Positions 1-6,630 are shown, numbered from the stretch's first letter. The stretch: DNA of 24,000 nt from Ferrovum sp. JA12 (GCF_001431705.1 NZ_LJWX01000002.1:563352-587351); one strand, 5' to 3'. Translations and numbers: made by a program. The notes: generated from the sequence alone by a model not told the origin.

Positions 1-2
1 CG

Positions 3-263
3 CCGTTGCAACTGGCGTTGGCCCGAGGTCATCGCTGGCTGGCCATGCTGGAATCGGGAGAGGTGAAAACCATGCGGGAATTGGCTAGCCGTGAGGGTGT
101 GGACAACAGCTACGTCAGCCGGATGATCAATTTGACGCTGTTGTCGCCGTGGACAGTTGCGGCCATCCTGGACGACACGCTACCGAACCACATCACGCTG
201 TTCGATCTGGCGGTCGATCCGCCGGCGTTGTGGGATGAACAGCGTGATCGGGTTGTGCTCTGA
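3..263 (+). CDS. C-terminal part of an HTH-type accessory protein of a serine-recombinase module. Paralogue of 10580..11029; 5' end cut by the window edge.
   Basis: The translation LQLALARGHRWLAMLESGE...NSYVSRM.NLT.L.P..VAAILDD.LPNH.TLFDLAVDPPALWDEQR aligns without gaps to the C-terminus of 10580..11029 (~82% aa identity, mostly conservative changes). The ORF is open to the window edge. Confidence 0.7.
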   Translation, partial: PLQLALARGHRWLAMLESGEVKTMRELASREGVDNSYVSRMINLTLLSPWTVAAILDDTLPNHITLFDLAVDPPALWDEQRDRVVL

Positions 264-278
264 GGTGATGACATCACC

Positions 279-797
279 TCAGTTCAATAAGCTTTTGAGA
301 TCCTTCAACATGAGGAACAGGTGATACGGGTCGGTCGGGCTGGGCTCGAATTCCCAGGATTCGTACCATTGCCGCGCGGCATCGTCTTTGGCATGCACAA
401 GCAGGCAGCGGATGCCAGCGATGTCTGCGGCCTGTGCTGTTCGCAGCAGTGCGTCCTTTAGCAGAGCCTGGCCCAGTCCCCGGCGCTGATGTTCCTTATC
501 TACCGCGAGCCGGGCCAGGATCATGACCGGGACCGGGTGGCGCGCCAGCCCCTTCATCACCCTCGACGGTGCGGCTTCCGGATCGACGCTACCGACAGCG
601 AGGCTGTAGAAGCCGACCACCACCTCGCCCTGGCAGCAGACGTAGGTCTGCGCGCTGTTGGCCTTTTGGTTGACGAGCGCGTAGCGCTGCAGGAACTGGT
701 TCAGCCCGGACTGACCACAATCGAAGGCATCGGTCTGATCCGTTGCTGCCAGTTTGCGAACGGGGGCGTAGGGTGACGCTATGGCGTCACCGCTCAA
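279..797 (-). CDS. GNAT-family N-acetyltransferase toxin (TacT/KacT/AtaT-like) of a type II TA pair
   Basis: 172-aa ORF. It has the acetyl-CoA binding motif QRRGLGQALLKDAL and an FDCG motif near the N-terminus, typical of DUF1778-associated GNAT toxins. Its TTG start overlaps the TGA stop of the upstream antitoxin gene (TTGA). Confidence 0.85.
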   Translation of the reverse strand: MSGDAIASPYAPVRKLAATDQTDAFDCGQSGLNQFLQRYALVNQKANSAQTYVCCQGEVVVGFYSLAVGSVDPEAAPSRVMKGLARHPVPVMILARLAVDKEHQRRGLGQALLKDALLRTAQAADIAGIRCLLVHAKDDAARQWYESWEFEPSPTDPYHLFLMLKDLKSLLN

Positions 798-1072
798 CCC
801 AAGACCCCGGGCTCACTCAGCAACTTCTTCAGGCGCGGCTTGCTTTGCACCGGCCGATCCAACGCTTCCTGGAAGGCCTGCCATTGCGCCTTGTCCAGTA
901 CGAACTGGCGACGATCAGCCAGTGTTTGGGCTGCCGCCGTCACGCCCGCGTCGAGCAGGAATTCGCTGACGTTTTTGTGACAAGCGCGCGCAGCTTCCTG
1001 CAGCAGTTGCTTGACTGGTGTGCTTGCTCGGACGTCAATGCGTTCGGTCTTGGAAATATTCAGGGTGCTCAT
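794..1072 (-). CDS. DUF1778-family (TacA-like, RHH) antitoxin
   Basis: Start chosen at the ATG at 1072 (MSTLNISKTERIDVRASTPVKQLLQEAA...), preceded by GGAGG 6 nt upstream. 92 aa, with the typical DUF1778 N-terminus. Overlaps the GNAT gene by 4 nt. The longer track ORF (to 1183) lacks an RBS. Confidence 0.85.
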   Translation of the reverse strand: MSTLNISKTERIDVRASTPVKQLLQEAARACHKNVSEFLLDAGVTAAAQTLADRRQFVLDKAQWQAFQEALDRPVQSKPRLKKLLSEPGVLG

Positions 1073-1100
1073 GGTGGCCCTCCGGACTTTAGATGCTCTT

Positions 1101-1130
1101 ATTATAGTTGTCCGGACGCTGTCCTGACAA
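1101..1130 (-). promoter_or_regulatory. Sigma70-type promoter of the DUF1778/GNAT operon, with an inverted-repeat operator in the spacer
   Basis: Minus strand reads TTGTCA (1130..1125), 18-nt spacer, TATAAT (1106..1101), about 30 nt upstream of the ATG at 1072. The inverted repeat TTGTCAGGAC/GTCCGGACAA (9 of 10 positions complementary) spans the -35 box and spacer. Confidence 0.5.
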
Positions 1131-1240
1131 GTCTTTTTGTTGCCTATTTTGTTGCCTCTGCTCTCAGCCATATGCGTGTGCATCCGCGTTGCGATACGTC
1201 AGGAGTTGTCGATAACTACCGACAAAACGCAAAGATGGTG

Positions 1241-1530
1241 GTTCCCTTCGCCACCCAATGCCGCAATCCAACCGCTTGATTCATCCGCGCGTAACACTTT
1301 GATCGGTATGGCGCTGACTTGTGGCCTTTGCGGACTTCGGGTTGGATTCGGAGAGCGAAGTCGGAGAGAAGAATGGCTGGGAGAGAGTGGAAAGAGGCCT
1401 TGGGTGGGCACTTTGGCTGATCGGTGAAGTCCGCAGGCTTTCGCACGAACCCTCGTAAACACGCGGGAACTGGCGCCATCGGACAAGAAGAAACCCCAAC
1501 CGAGAACGGTTGAGGTTTCATTATTGGTGG
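1241..1530. repeat. Copy 1 of a 290-bp conserved non-coding terminal region. It ends in a degenerate terminator hairpin followed by TTATTGGTGG.
   Basis: Hand alignment to 13636..13925 gives 217/290 identical positions and no indels. Conserved blocks include CTTTGCGGACTTCGG, CGGAGAGAAGAATGGC, AAGTCCGCAGG, AAACACGCGGGAACTG and CCCCAACCGAGAACGGTTG. Confidence 0.85.
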
Positions 1531-1709
1531 TGGAATCGCCGCCAGGTTCAAACCATGTCTGTTACGTGATTGCGAACATGTGAGGATTGGCGCGGAACAC
1601 CGCGGAATCATAATGTTACTACCCGCCGCTCTCGTGTCTCGTGGCTTTCGCCTCAAATTGGCTCTGTCAACATGTCCCGATCACCAATCAGTTCGATCCC
1701 CGTTTTCGC

Positions 1710-1726
1710 AATCGAACCCGCGTCCG
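1710..1726. repeat. Left copy of the 17-bp direct repeat AATCGAACCCGCGTCCG (att-type island boundary)
   Basis: Exact match to 13936..13952, which lies in the T-arm region of the tmRNA gene. The flanking bases differ on both sides. Confidence 0.8.
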
Positions 1727-1733
1727 TAATTAA

Positions 1734-2480
1734 TCAAAGCAGCCGCACCGGGCGTGCAATCTTAGGTCTTCGAGCTTGGCTGGCGGTCTGGAGGTTGGCC
1801 GACTTGGAGAGAATCCGCAGGATTGCCTGGCTGTGGTGATAGATCCGAAAGGCATCTGCGACTGCCTTCTCGACGAATGTGGGCGTCGTCTGCCCGTCAG
1901 CGGGTGGGGACACGACTCCGTCTGGGATGTCACCTGACCATCCCCTAGCAGCCCGAAAACCACTAACGATGTGTGAAAAATGCGGCCAGGCGTGATCCAG
2001 ATGGGCGTCGTCGATGCTGACCATCACGCCAGTCAGTTCGCACGCAACCTGCCCCTGAGCATCCCCATGCTCTGCGAAGGCACGCTTCTTGGCCAGAACG
2101 AGGTCGAGCGCCACAGCCTCCCGGCATGCTCCATAGAAGTCTTTTGACCGGTCCCCAGGTAGACCTTTGACGGCCCAGATGTAAGAAAAGTCTGTGGCGG
2201 AACCGTCCTGACGTACGACCCAGAATCCGGAATTGCTCCAGCCAGTACCAGTATTCAAGCGCCGCTCAAAGTAATCGATTTGGCCGCTACCCTTCGTCGG
2301 TTCTCCGACCTCCTCAAGAATCGGGTCATATCGTTCGATGAGGGCAACGAGGTCGGCGTGGTCCCCCGGGTCAGAGATACGATCCCCGTCCTGGTACCGG
2401 TGTAGCAGTGCCTTGTAATGGTCCAGTGCGCTTTTCTGGGTCCGGAAGCTGCGGGGTCCAATCTCGACGGGTTTTGCCAT
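1734..2480 (-). CDS. DUF3223-like protein with a C-terminal HNH-like (DH...P) segment
   Basis: 248-aa ORF with a strong RBS (GAGGAGAGGAAACC-ATG). N-terminal pattern F.T...A...Y..LL.RY..G..I......DL.AL..R...........G.G.I..F......G......F.VVR.DGS..DFSY resembles DUF3223. The C-terminus has CELTG......DDAHLDHAWP.F. The stop is 7 nt from the left direct repeat. Confidence 0.55.
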   Translation of the reverse strand: MAKPVEIGPRSFRTQKSALDHYKALLHRYQDGDRISDPGDHADLVALIERYDPILEEVGEPTKGSGQIDYFERRLNTGTGWSNSGFWVVRQDGSATDFSYIWAVKGLPGDRSKDFYGACREAVALDLVLAKKRAFAEHGDAQGQVACELTGVMVSIDDAHLDHAWPHFSHIVSGFRAARGWSGDIPDGVVSPPADGQTTPTFVEKAVADAFRIYHHSQAILRILSKSANLQTASQARRPKIARPVRLL

Positions 2481-2765
2481 GGTTTCCTCTCCTCACTACT
2501 GACAAACAGCAGATACGACGCTACCGACAAACAGCTCGATCCCGCACATCAAAGTAAATCACGCCAGCGTCTCTGGCTTGAGGTGAAGCTCTGCGAAATT
2601 CTGCATGGCGCTCGTACCGATCCTTTTATCGCCACGCCGCTTGTGGTTATCACAATGCGATGTACAAACAAATCAAAATAGAGCAATGGACAAATTCTAG
2701 GGCAGATCATATACTTTCCGCAATAACCCGTATAAGCATTCGCTAACCCGAACGAGCCAGCCAGG

Positions 2766-3071
2766 ATGTCGAACGAACAGCTTGCAGATCTAACCCAGCC
2801 ACAACGCGACCGGCTCGCGTTCGTGGAGTTGCGCGTGCGCTTCATCGGGGAGATACGCCGCCAGGACTTGGTCACGCGGTTTGGCATCCAGTCCGCCGCC
2901 GCATCCAGGGATCTGGCGCCGTACAAGGACTTGGCGCCCGGCAACATCGACTACGACCCCAAGGGCAAGTCCTACGTCCTGGGGCCAGACTTCCGGCCCG
3001 TCTTCGACTTCCCCTCGGATCGGGTGCTGTCGTGGTTGACCCAGCGCTTGAACTTCTTGGCGTTGGGTTGA
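2766..3071 (+). pseudogene. Truncated N-terminal wHTH part of a WYL-type transcriptional regulator. The ligand-binding part is missing.
   Basis: The 101-aa ORF (QRDRLAFVELRVRFIGEIRRQDLVTRFGIQSAAASRDLAPYKDLAPGNIDYDPKGKSYVLGPDFRPVF) matches, from memory, the first ~90 aa of ~300-aa wHTH-WYL regulators. After ~3037 the frame runs antisense into the BRO gene and stops. Confidence 0.45.
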
Positions 3072-3319
3072 TTACTGCCAAGGATGAGCGCATACAGTCC
3101 GGATTCATTGATGTGATTGGTTGGCTGGATGCCTCCTTCTGTAAGGGTGTCACGTTTCGTGACATCCTCTGGATCAACGTGATCGGCAACCGATTTACGG
3201 GCATTGCTGTAACCCAGTACTCCGCACACATCTTTGGCGTTGAACCAAGGCGCATCGGTTTCGTCGAGGCAAACGCGAATGGAATGACTCTCGAAATTAA
3301 ACGGGATAATATTGCTCAT
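2972..3319 (-). CDS. BRO-N domain protein (phage antirepressor family), truncated at the C-terminal end of the domain
   Basis: FNFESHSIRV...APWFNAKDVCGVLGY.N.....A...H.....DV........TEGG.Q....INESGLYALILGSNQPNAKKFKRWV is a textbook BRO-N pattern. The expected ..EVLPSIRK.G.Y is replaced by 21 unrelated residues. The ATG overlaps the upstream stop by 4 nt. Confidence 0.75.
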   Translation of the reverse strand: MSNIIPFNFESHSIRVCLDETDAPWFNAKDVCGVLGYSNARKSVADHVDPEDVTKRDTLTEGGIQPTNHINESGLYALILGSNQPNAKKFKRWVNHDSTRSEGKSKTGRKSGPRT

Positions 3320-3819
3320 TGTTGATTCTCCTTTACGAGAGCAAGGCGGTAGCTGGCCTTGCCCGATTTGACGGTGCGGGCCTTGGCAAACGACTCCTTG
3401 AGCGTTGCAGGCCAGGCGTTGAAACGGGATTCAGAAACCGAGTACTCGATGTCGATGTAGTCGCTGACTTTGTCGCCGGAAGCCGTGATGCGATGAGCAA
3501 TCTCGGCCAGTTGGACCTGATCCCACGCGACACGCTTCGGCACATCGACGGTGATCCGCAGCGGACCGTCATCGAGATGGCAGACGCCGAAATCACGTCC
3601 ATTTGCCTGACGGGCGGCCGTAGCCTGTTCGGCATAACGCTGGTCGAGAGCAGCATGGAAGCGTTCCAGCACACCCTTGATGGCCGACTGCAACGTGAGC
3701 AGATTGGTATGCGTTTCCTGCAACTGCGCTACAGGCAACGCAGCGATCTGAGCGACGCTCATTTCGGCCAGAGGCAGAACGTGGCCGAACACGACATTTG
3801 TGATGGTGGAATCGTTCAT
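3316..3819 (-). CDS. Hypothetical protein (167 aa) with a coiled-coil-like N-terminal half. Middle gene of the AlpA-like operon.
   Basis: Long ORF with a 4-nt start/stop overlap to both neighbours. No motif recognised. Confidence 0.65.
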   Translation of the reverse strand: MNDSTITNVVFGHVLPLAEMSVAQIAALPVAQLQETHTNLLTLQSAIKGVLERFHAALDQRYAEQATAARQANGRDFGVCHLDDGPLRITVDVPKRVAWDQVQLAEIAHRITASGDKVSDYIDIEYSVSESRFNAWPATLKESFAKARTVKSGKASYRLALVKENQQ

Positions 3820-4067
3820 ATGCGATCCCTCCCCGTGGTGGCTGAGGCTGGAACAACCCTAGTGCTCGGACTCTCGTGCAGGCAGTCGAGCTCGAATTGC
3901 TCGATGTCTTCAAGGCGGTACATCACCTTGCCGCCGATCTTGAGGTACCTGGGGCCGACGCCATCGGACCGATAGCGTTCTATGGTGGCTTCCGACTTGT
4001 TCCAGCGATCCGCAAGTTCCCGCTGGGTCAGATGCCTGGTCTTCAGATGTTCGTCATACATTTGCAT
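3816..4067 (-). CDS. AlpA/excisionase-type (MerR-like) HTH DNA-binding protein
   Basis: LTQRELADRWNKSEATIERYRSDGVGPRYLKIGGKVMYRLEDIEQFE is the typical excisionase-family HTH_17 pattern. Start taken at the ATG at 4067, just after AAGGAG (the ATG at 4061 is equally possible). The track start at 4190 is TTG with no RBS. Confidence 0.7.
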   Translation of the reverse strand: MQMYDEHLKTRHLTQRELADRWNKSEATIERYRSDGVGPRYLKIGGKVMYRLEDIEQFELDCLHESPSTRVVPASATTGRDRI

Positions 4068-4207
4068 CTCCTTCGATGATGGGTGTTCACCGGTTGCTGG
4101 TGCCTGGATCAGCACTGCTAACCGATGCGTCCATTTCATCAAGCGAGATGCCCCCGACCGTCCCTCAGATTCCTCAAGATCGTTCCTCAAATTGAATCGG
4201 TGGGTCT

Positions 4208-4249
4208 AAAAAGCAAAAAACCCGGCTGGATTGAAACCAGAGCCGGGTT
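4208..4249 (-). terminator. Rho-independent terminator ending the five-gene minus-strand cluster
   Basis: Minus strand reads AACCCGGCT, 13-nt loop, AGCCGGGTT, then TTTTGCTTTTT. It lies 31 nt downstream of the stop at 4280. Confidence 0.7.
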
Positions 4250-4279
4250 ATTGCGGAGAAGCGAGGGGTGACAGGTGGT

Positions 4280-5245
4280 TCAGTGCAACCAGTCGCGGTC
4301 GTCGTCAGGAATGATCAGAGCGTAGCGTTCATCGTCGCGCAGGTAACGGATGAATGCCCTGTAGACTTCTGGATTGCGCTCAAACTCCTTGCTGGGTGAA
4401 AACCGCTGGGATTGCGATCCGCAAGCGGTCTTGAGCGATTCCTTATCCAATTCATGATCCAGATCGTCGATCAGTGCAACCAGGATCTTTTGTTGGCGTG
4501 GCTCCAGCGGATACTCGGTACCATCGATGAACGCCTTGGCTTTGTCTCTGACGTAGCGGAGTGTGGTGTTTGGCGATGCCTCATCCAGAATTTGAGGACC
4601 AGGTGCCGATTGGCGCTCAGGGAAAAACTCGAACTTGCTCTGGCCGACGCGGCCAACTGTGAACAGCGGGCGCACGTCGAATTCGGTCAGTGCCGAGCCC
4701 GCCGGAAGCGGTACCTCGCTACTGGTCAAAATGACGCAGGATTGCGTAGTTCTTTCTGTGGTGATCTGTTCGCGCAGGCGAATCGCAATTTCCGGCCGAT
4801 GCAGGCGGCGAGCGAAATACCATGTCACCGGCTTGCCACGCTGTTTCTCGGTCGTGCCGAGCCGCCAGATCAGATCGAGTTCGATCTGCTTCATGCCGTT
4901 GACCGAGAGTTCGAGCCCGTTCAGCAGGCTCGAAACAAATTTCTGCAATGCCACCTTGTAGGTTTCGCGCAAATGCCCAGGTGCCACCACGTCGGCGCAT
5001 TCCGGACAGTGCAGAATAAACTCGCCAGGCGATTTTTCTCGTACCACGTGCGCGGTCTCGATGCCGCATTCCGGGCAAGTGACCCAGTCGAGCGGCTTGC
5101 CCAGCACCAGTACACGTTCACGAAGCAGGTGCGTGGCCGCGACCTTGTCCCGTCCTTCCAAAAGAGACTGCCCATTGATTTCCGGCTTCGCCAGATCCAG
5201 AAGCCGGCAAAACAACGCCGTTGCATCGACCTGCGCCTGACTCAT
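4280..5245 (-). CDS. Hypothetical protein (321 aa) with an N-terminal CxxC...CxxC zinc ribbon. Third gene of an unknown triplet.
   Basis: CPECGIETAHVVREKSPGEFILHCPEC is present. There is no Walker A or recognisable nuclease motif. The ATG overlaps the upstream stop by 4 nt and a terminator follows. Confidence 0.75.
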   Translation of the reverse strand: MSQAQVDATALFCRLLDLAKPEINGQSLLEGRDKVAATHLLRERVLVLGKPLDWVTCPECGIETAHVVREKSPGEFILHCPECADVVAPGHLRETYKVALQKFVSSLLNGLELSVNGMKQIELDLIWRLGTTEKQRGKPVTWYFARRLHRPEIAIRLREQITTERTTQSCVILTSSEVPLPAGSALTEFDVRPLFTVGRVGQSKFEFFPERQSAPGPQILDEASPNTTLRYVRDKAKAFIDGTEYPLEPRQQKILVALIDDLDHELDKESLKTACGSQSQRFSPSKEFERNPEVYRAFIRYLRDDERYALIIPDDDRDWLH

Positions 5246-6150
5246 TCGCCTTCCTCGTCCCCGGTCGAGGCGATCTCAGTCGGCTCGTCTGGCTCGACGA
5301 CATTCAAGGCAAGCAGCACGGCATTGGCGATGGCCTGATTCTGCGCGGACAGGTTCTTGATCGTTGAGGAGCCCGACGAAAATAGATCAAAGCTGAAATA
5401 ATGGTTCTTTCCCTTGTCACGCGTATCTGTATAGACGATGACGCTAGCTCCTTCCATGTTGTATTCCGCCTCGAAGGAGCGATCGACCTTCAGCGCATTG
5501 AGGGCAATCCGGATCGCATCGTCCTGATCCTTGTCGGGGGATGCCTCCACCTGAAAGGCGATTCCAGTACTTCCTGACGGACAGAAACGTGCGCGCCGCA
5601 AGCGGACTTTGTCGATACCGAGGGTCGACCAGTCCTCGAATGGCTCCATCAGCCCGTCGCGCAGGGCATTGAGCTGGTAGCGCTTCTTTTCGATCACCTC
5701 AGGCGTGAGTTCCTGGGCAACGACATGCTTGCCGAACAGTTGCAGCACGGCGGTGTGGTTCTTCGCACCTCCCTTGACGATGGTCTCCACGATGCCTGAG
5801 CCGGGATGGTAGACGATGGCTGTTTCCAGCGCAATGCGGGTCGTGAGTCGCGTAAAATTGTTCTGGGCAAAGTGCGCGAGGGCAGTCACAGGCCCTTCGA
5901 CATAGATCGTGAGTTGAATGCTTTCATCGACCGGGCGCTCGCTGACCTCGATATGGATGCCGTCGCCAGCGCCGTCCTTCTTGTAGAGTTTGGCGACATC
6001 GTGACAGAAAGCCTCGAGTTGGGTGCGGTCGCGCGTGGGGTCGAGTCCCGCCTGGATGCGATGCTTCTTCCAGTACTTGCCATTGGTCTTGGCCTGGAAG
6101 GCGATGTGCAGTTCGGCATCACGGAACGTCTTTTCACGGTTGGTCATCAT
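5242..6150 (-). CDS. Hypothetical protein (302 aa) with an acidic C-terminal tail. Second gene of the unknown triplet.
   Basis: Long ORF with normal amino-acid composition, overlapping both neighbours by 4 nt. No motif recognised. Confidence 0.75.
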   Translation of the reverse strand: MMTNREKTFRDAELHIAFQAKTNGKYWKKHRIQAGLDPTRDRTQLEAFCHDVAKLYKKDGAGDGIHIEVSERPVDESIQLTIYVEGPVTALAHFAQNNFTRLTTRIALETAIVYHPGSGIVETIVKGGAKNHTAVLQLFGKHVVAQELTPEVIEKKRYQLNALRDGLMEPFEDWSTLGIDKVRLRRARFCPSGSTGIAFQVEASPDKDQDDAIRIALNALKVDRSFEAEYNMEGASVIVYTDTRDKGKNHYFSFDLFSSGSSTIKNLSAQNQAIANAVLLALNVVEPDEPTEIASTGDEEGE

Positions 6151-6512
6151 CCAGAGGGCGCTTTCACGCTCGTCGCGCGATGCGAAGTCCTCCTGGAGGC
6201 CTGATCATCGGCACAGGCACAGCGGAATTCCTGAATGGCCAGATTGTTTGACATCATGTGGGCGCGACGCAGGTCATCATGCCAGAGCCACAAATCATGC
6301 TCGATGGCTTTGCGCCCTGTCGGGTCAATAGCGGGATCGCGCAAAGAAGCATCGAGGGCTTCAACCGCATCAGCCACGGCGGCGGGTAGCGTCTCGGGAG
6401 GTTGCGTCCAGTCGACGAGCAGCCTCGCGCCAAGGATATGCCCGTCAGTGAATTCCTGAAGCGTCGGCATCGAGACATGCCGCAGAAAGTGCCGAGCGTT
6501 GAAAACCTTCAT
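6147..6512 (-). CDS. Hypothetical protein (121 aa). First gene of the unknown triplet.
   Basis: ATG at 6512 preceded by AAAGGGGAACAGGA. The stop overlaps the next start (ATGATGA). The last ~25 residues are low-complexity (see finding on a possible split gene). Confidence 0.6.
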   Translation of the reverse strand: MKVFNARHFLRHVSMPTLQEFTDGHILGARLLVDWTQPPETLPAAVADAVEALDASLRDPAIDPTGRKAIEHDLWLWHDDLRRAHMMSNNLAIQEFRCACADDQASRRTSHRATSVKAPSG

Positions 6513-6630
6513 TCCTGTTCCCCTTTCATTCAGCCATTCAAAAATTCATAAGCAATCCTCCCGGCATGACTGGAAGTTGGCCCGGATTTCTTGTCTACGA
6601 ATCAAGACCACGGCGCCATCATGCCGTCGG

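Larger units (their letters stand above)
1..1530. mobile_element. Right-hand end of a second, related integrative element (left part lies off-window). It is in tandem with the complete island to its right.
   Basis: 1..~250 is ~80% identical to 10761..~11010 (3' end of the recombinase-module accessory gene). 1241..1530 is ~75% identical to 13636..13925 (terminal non-coding region ending in terminator hairpin + TTATTGGTGG). Order and orientation match the complete island. Confidence 0.6.

Noticed and set aside
261-281. Perfect 9-bp-stem palindrome TGAGGTGAT-GAC-ATCACCTCA containing both convergent stop codons, considered as a bidirectional terminator
   Set aside because: It has a short stem, a 3-nt loop and no U-tract on either side. 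It may modestly stabilise the transcripts, but I cannot support a terminator call.
743-1279. 178-aa plus-strand ORF and 781..969 ORF
   Set aside because: Both are antisense to the GNAT/DUF1778 pair, which has clear family motifs, an RBS and a near-consensus promoter.
1216-1656. 146-aa minus-strand ORF over repeat copy 1, and overlapping ORFs 1137..1427, 1199..1486 and 1281..1499
   Set aside because: Its counterpart in copy 2 has no start codon. Protein-level identity (~58%) is lower than nucleotide identity (~75%). The frame includes a terminator hairpin. I treat it as non-coding.
1691-1710. tRNA-like 3' fragment (GTTCGATCCCCGTTTTCGCA) as a tRNA gene
   Set aside because: Only the T-loop/acceptor 3' portion is present. 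No matching 5' acceptor strand, D-arm or anticodon arm lies upstream, so it is at most an att-site remnant.
4412-5338. 308-aa ORF on the plus strand
   Set aside because: It is antisense to the 4280..5245 and 5242..6150 genes, is Arg/Ala-rich, and has no RBS or motif. The minus-strand genes have coupled starts and a terminator.
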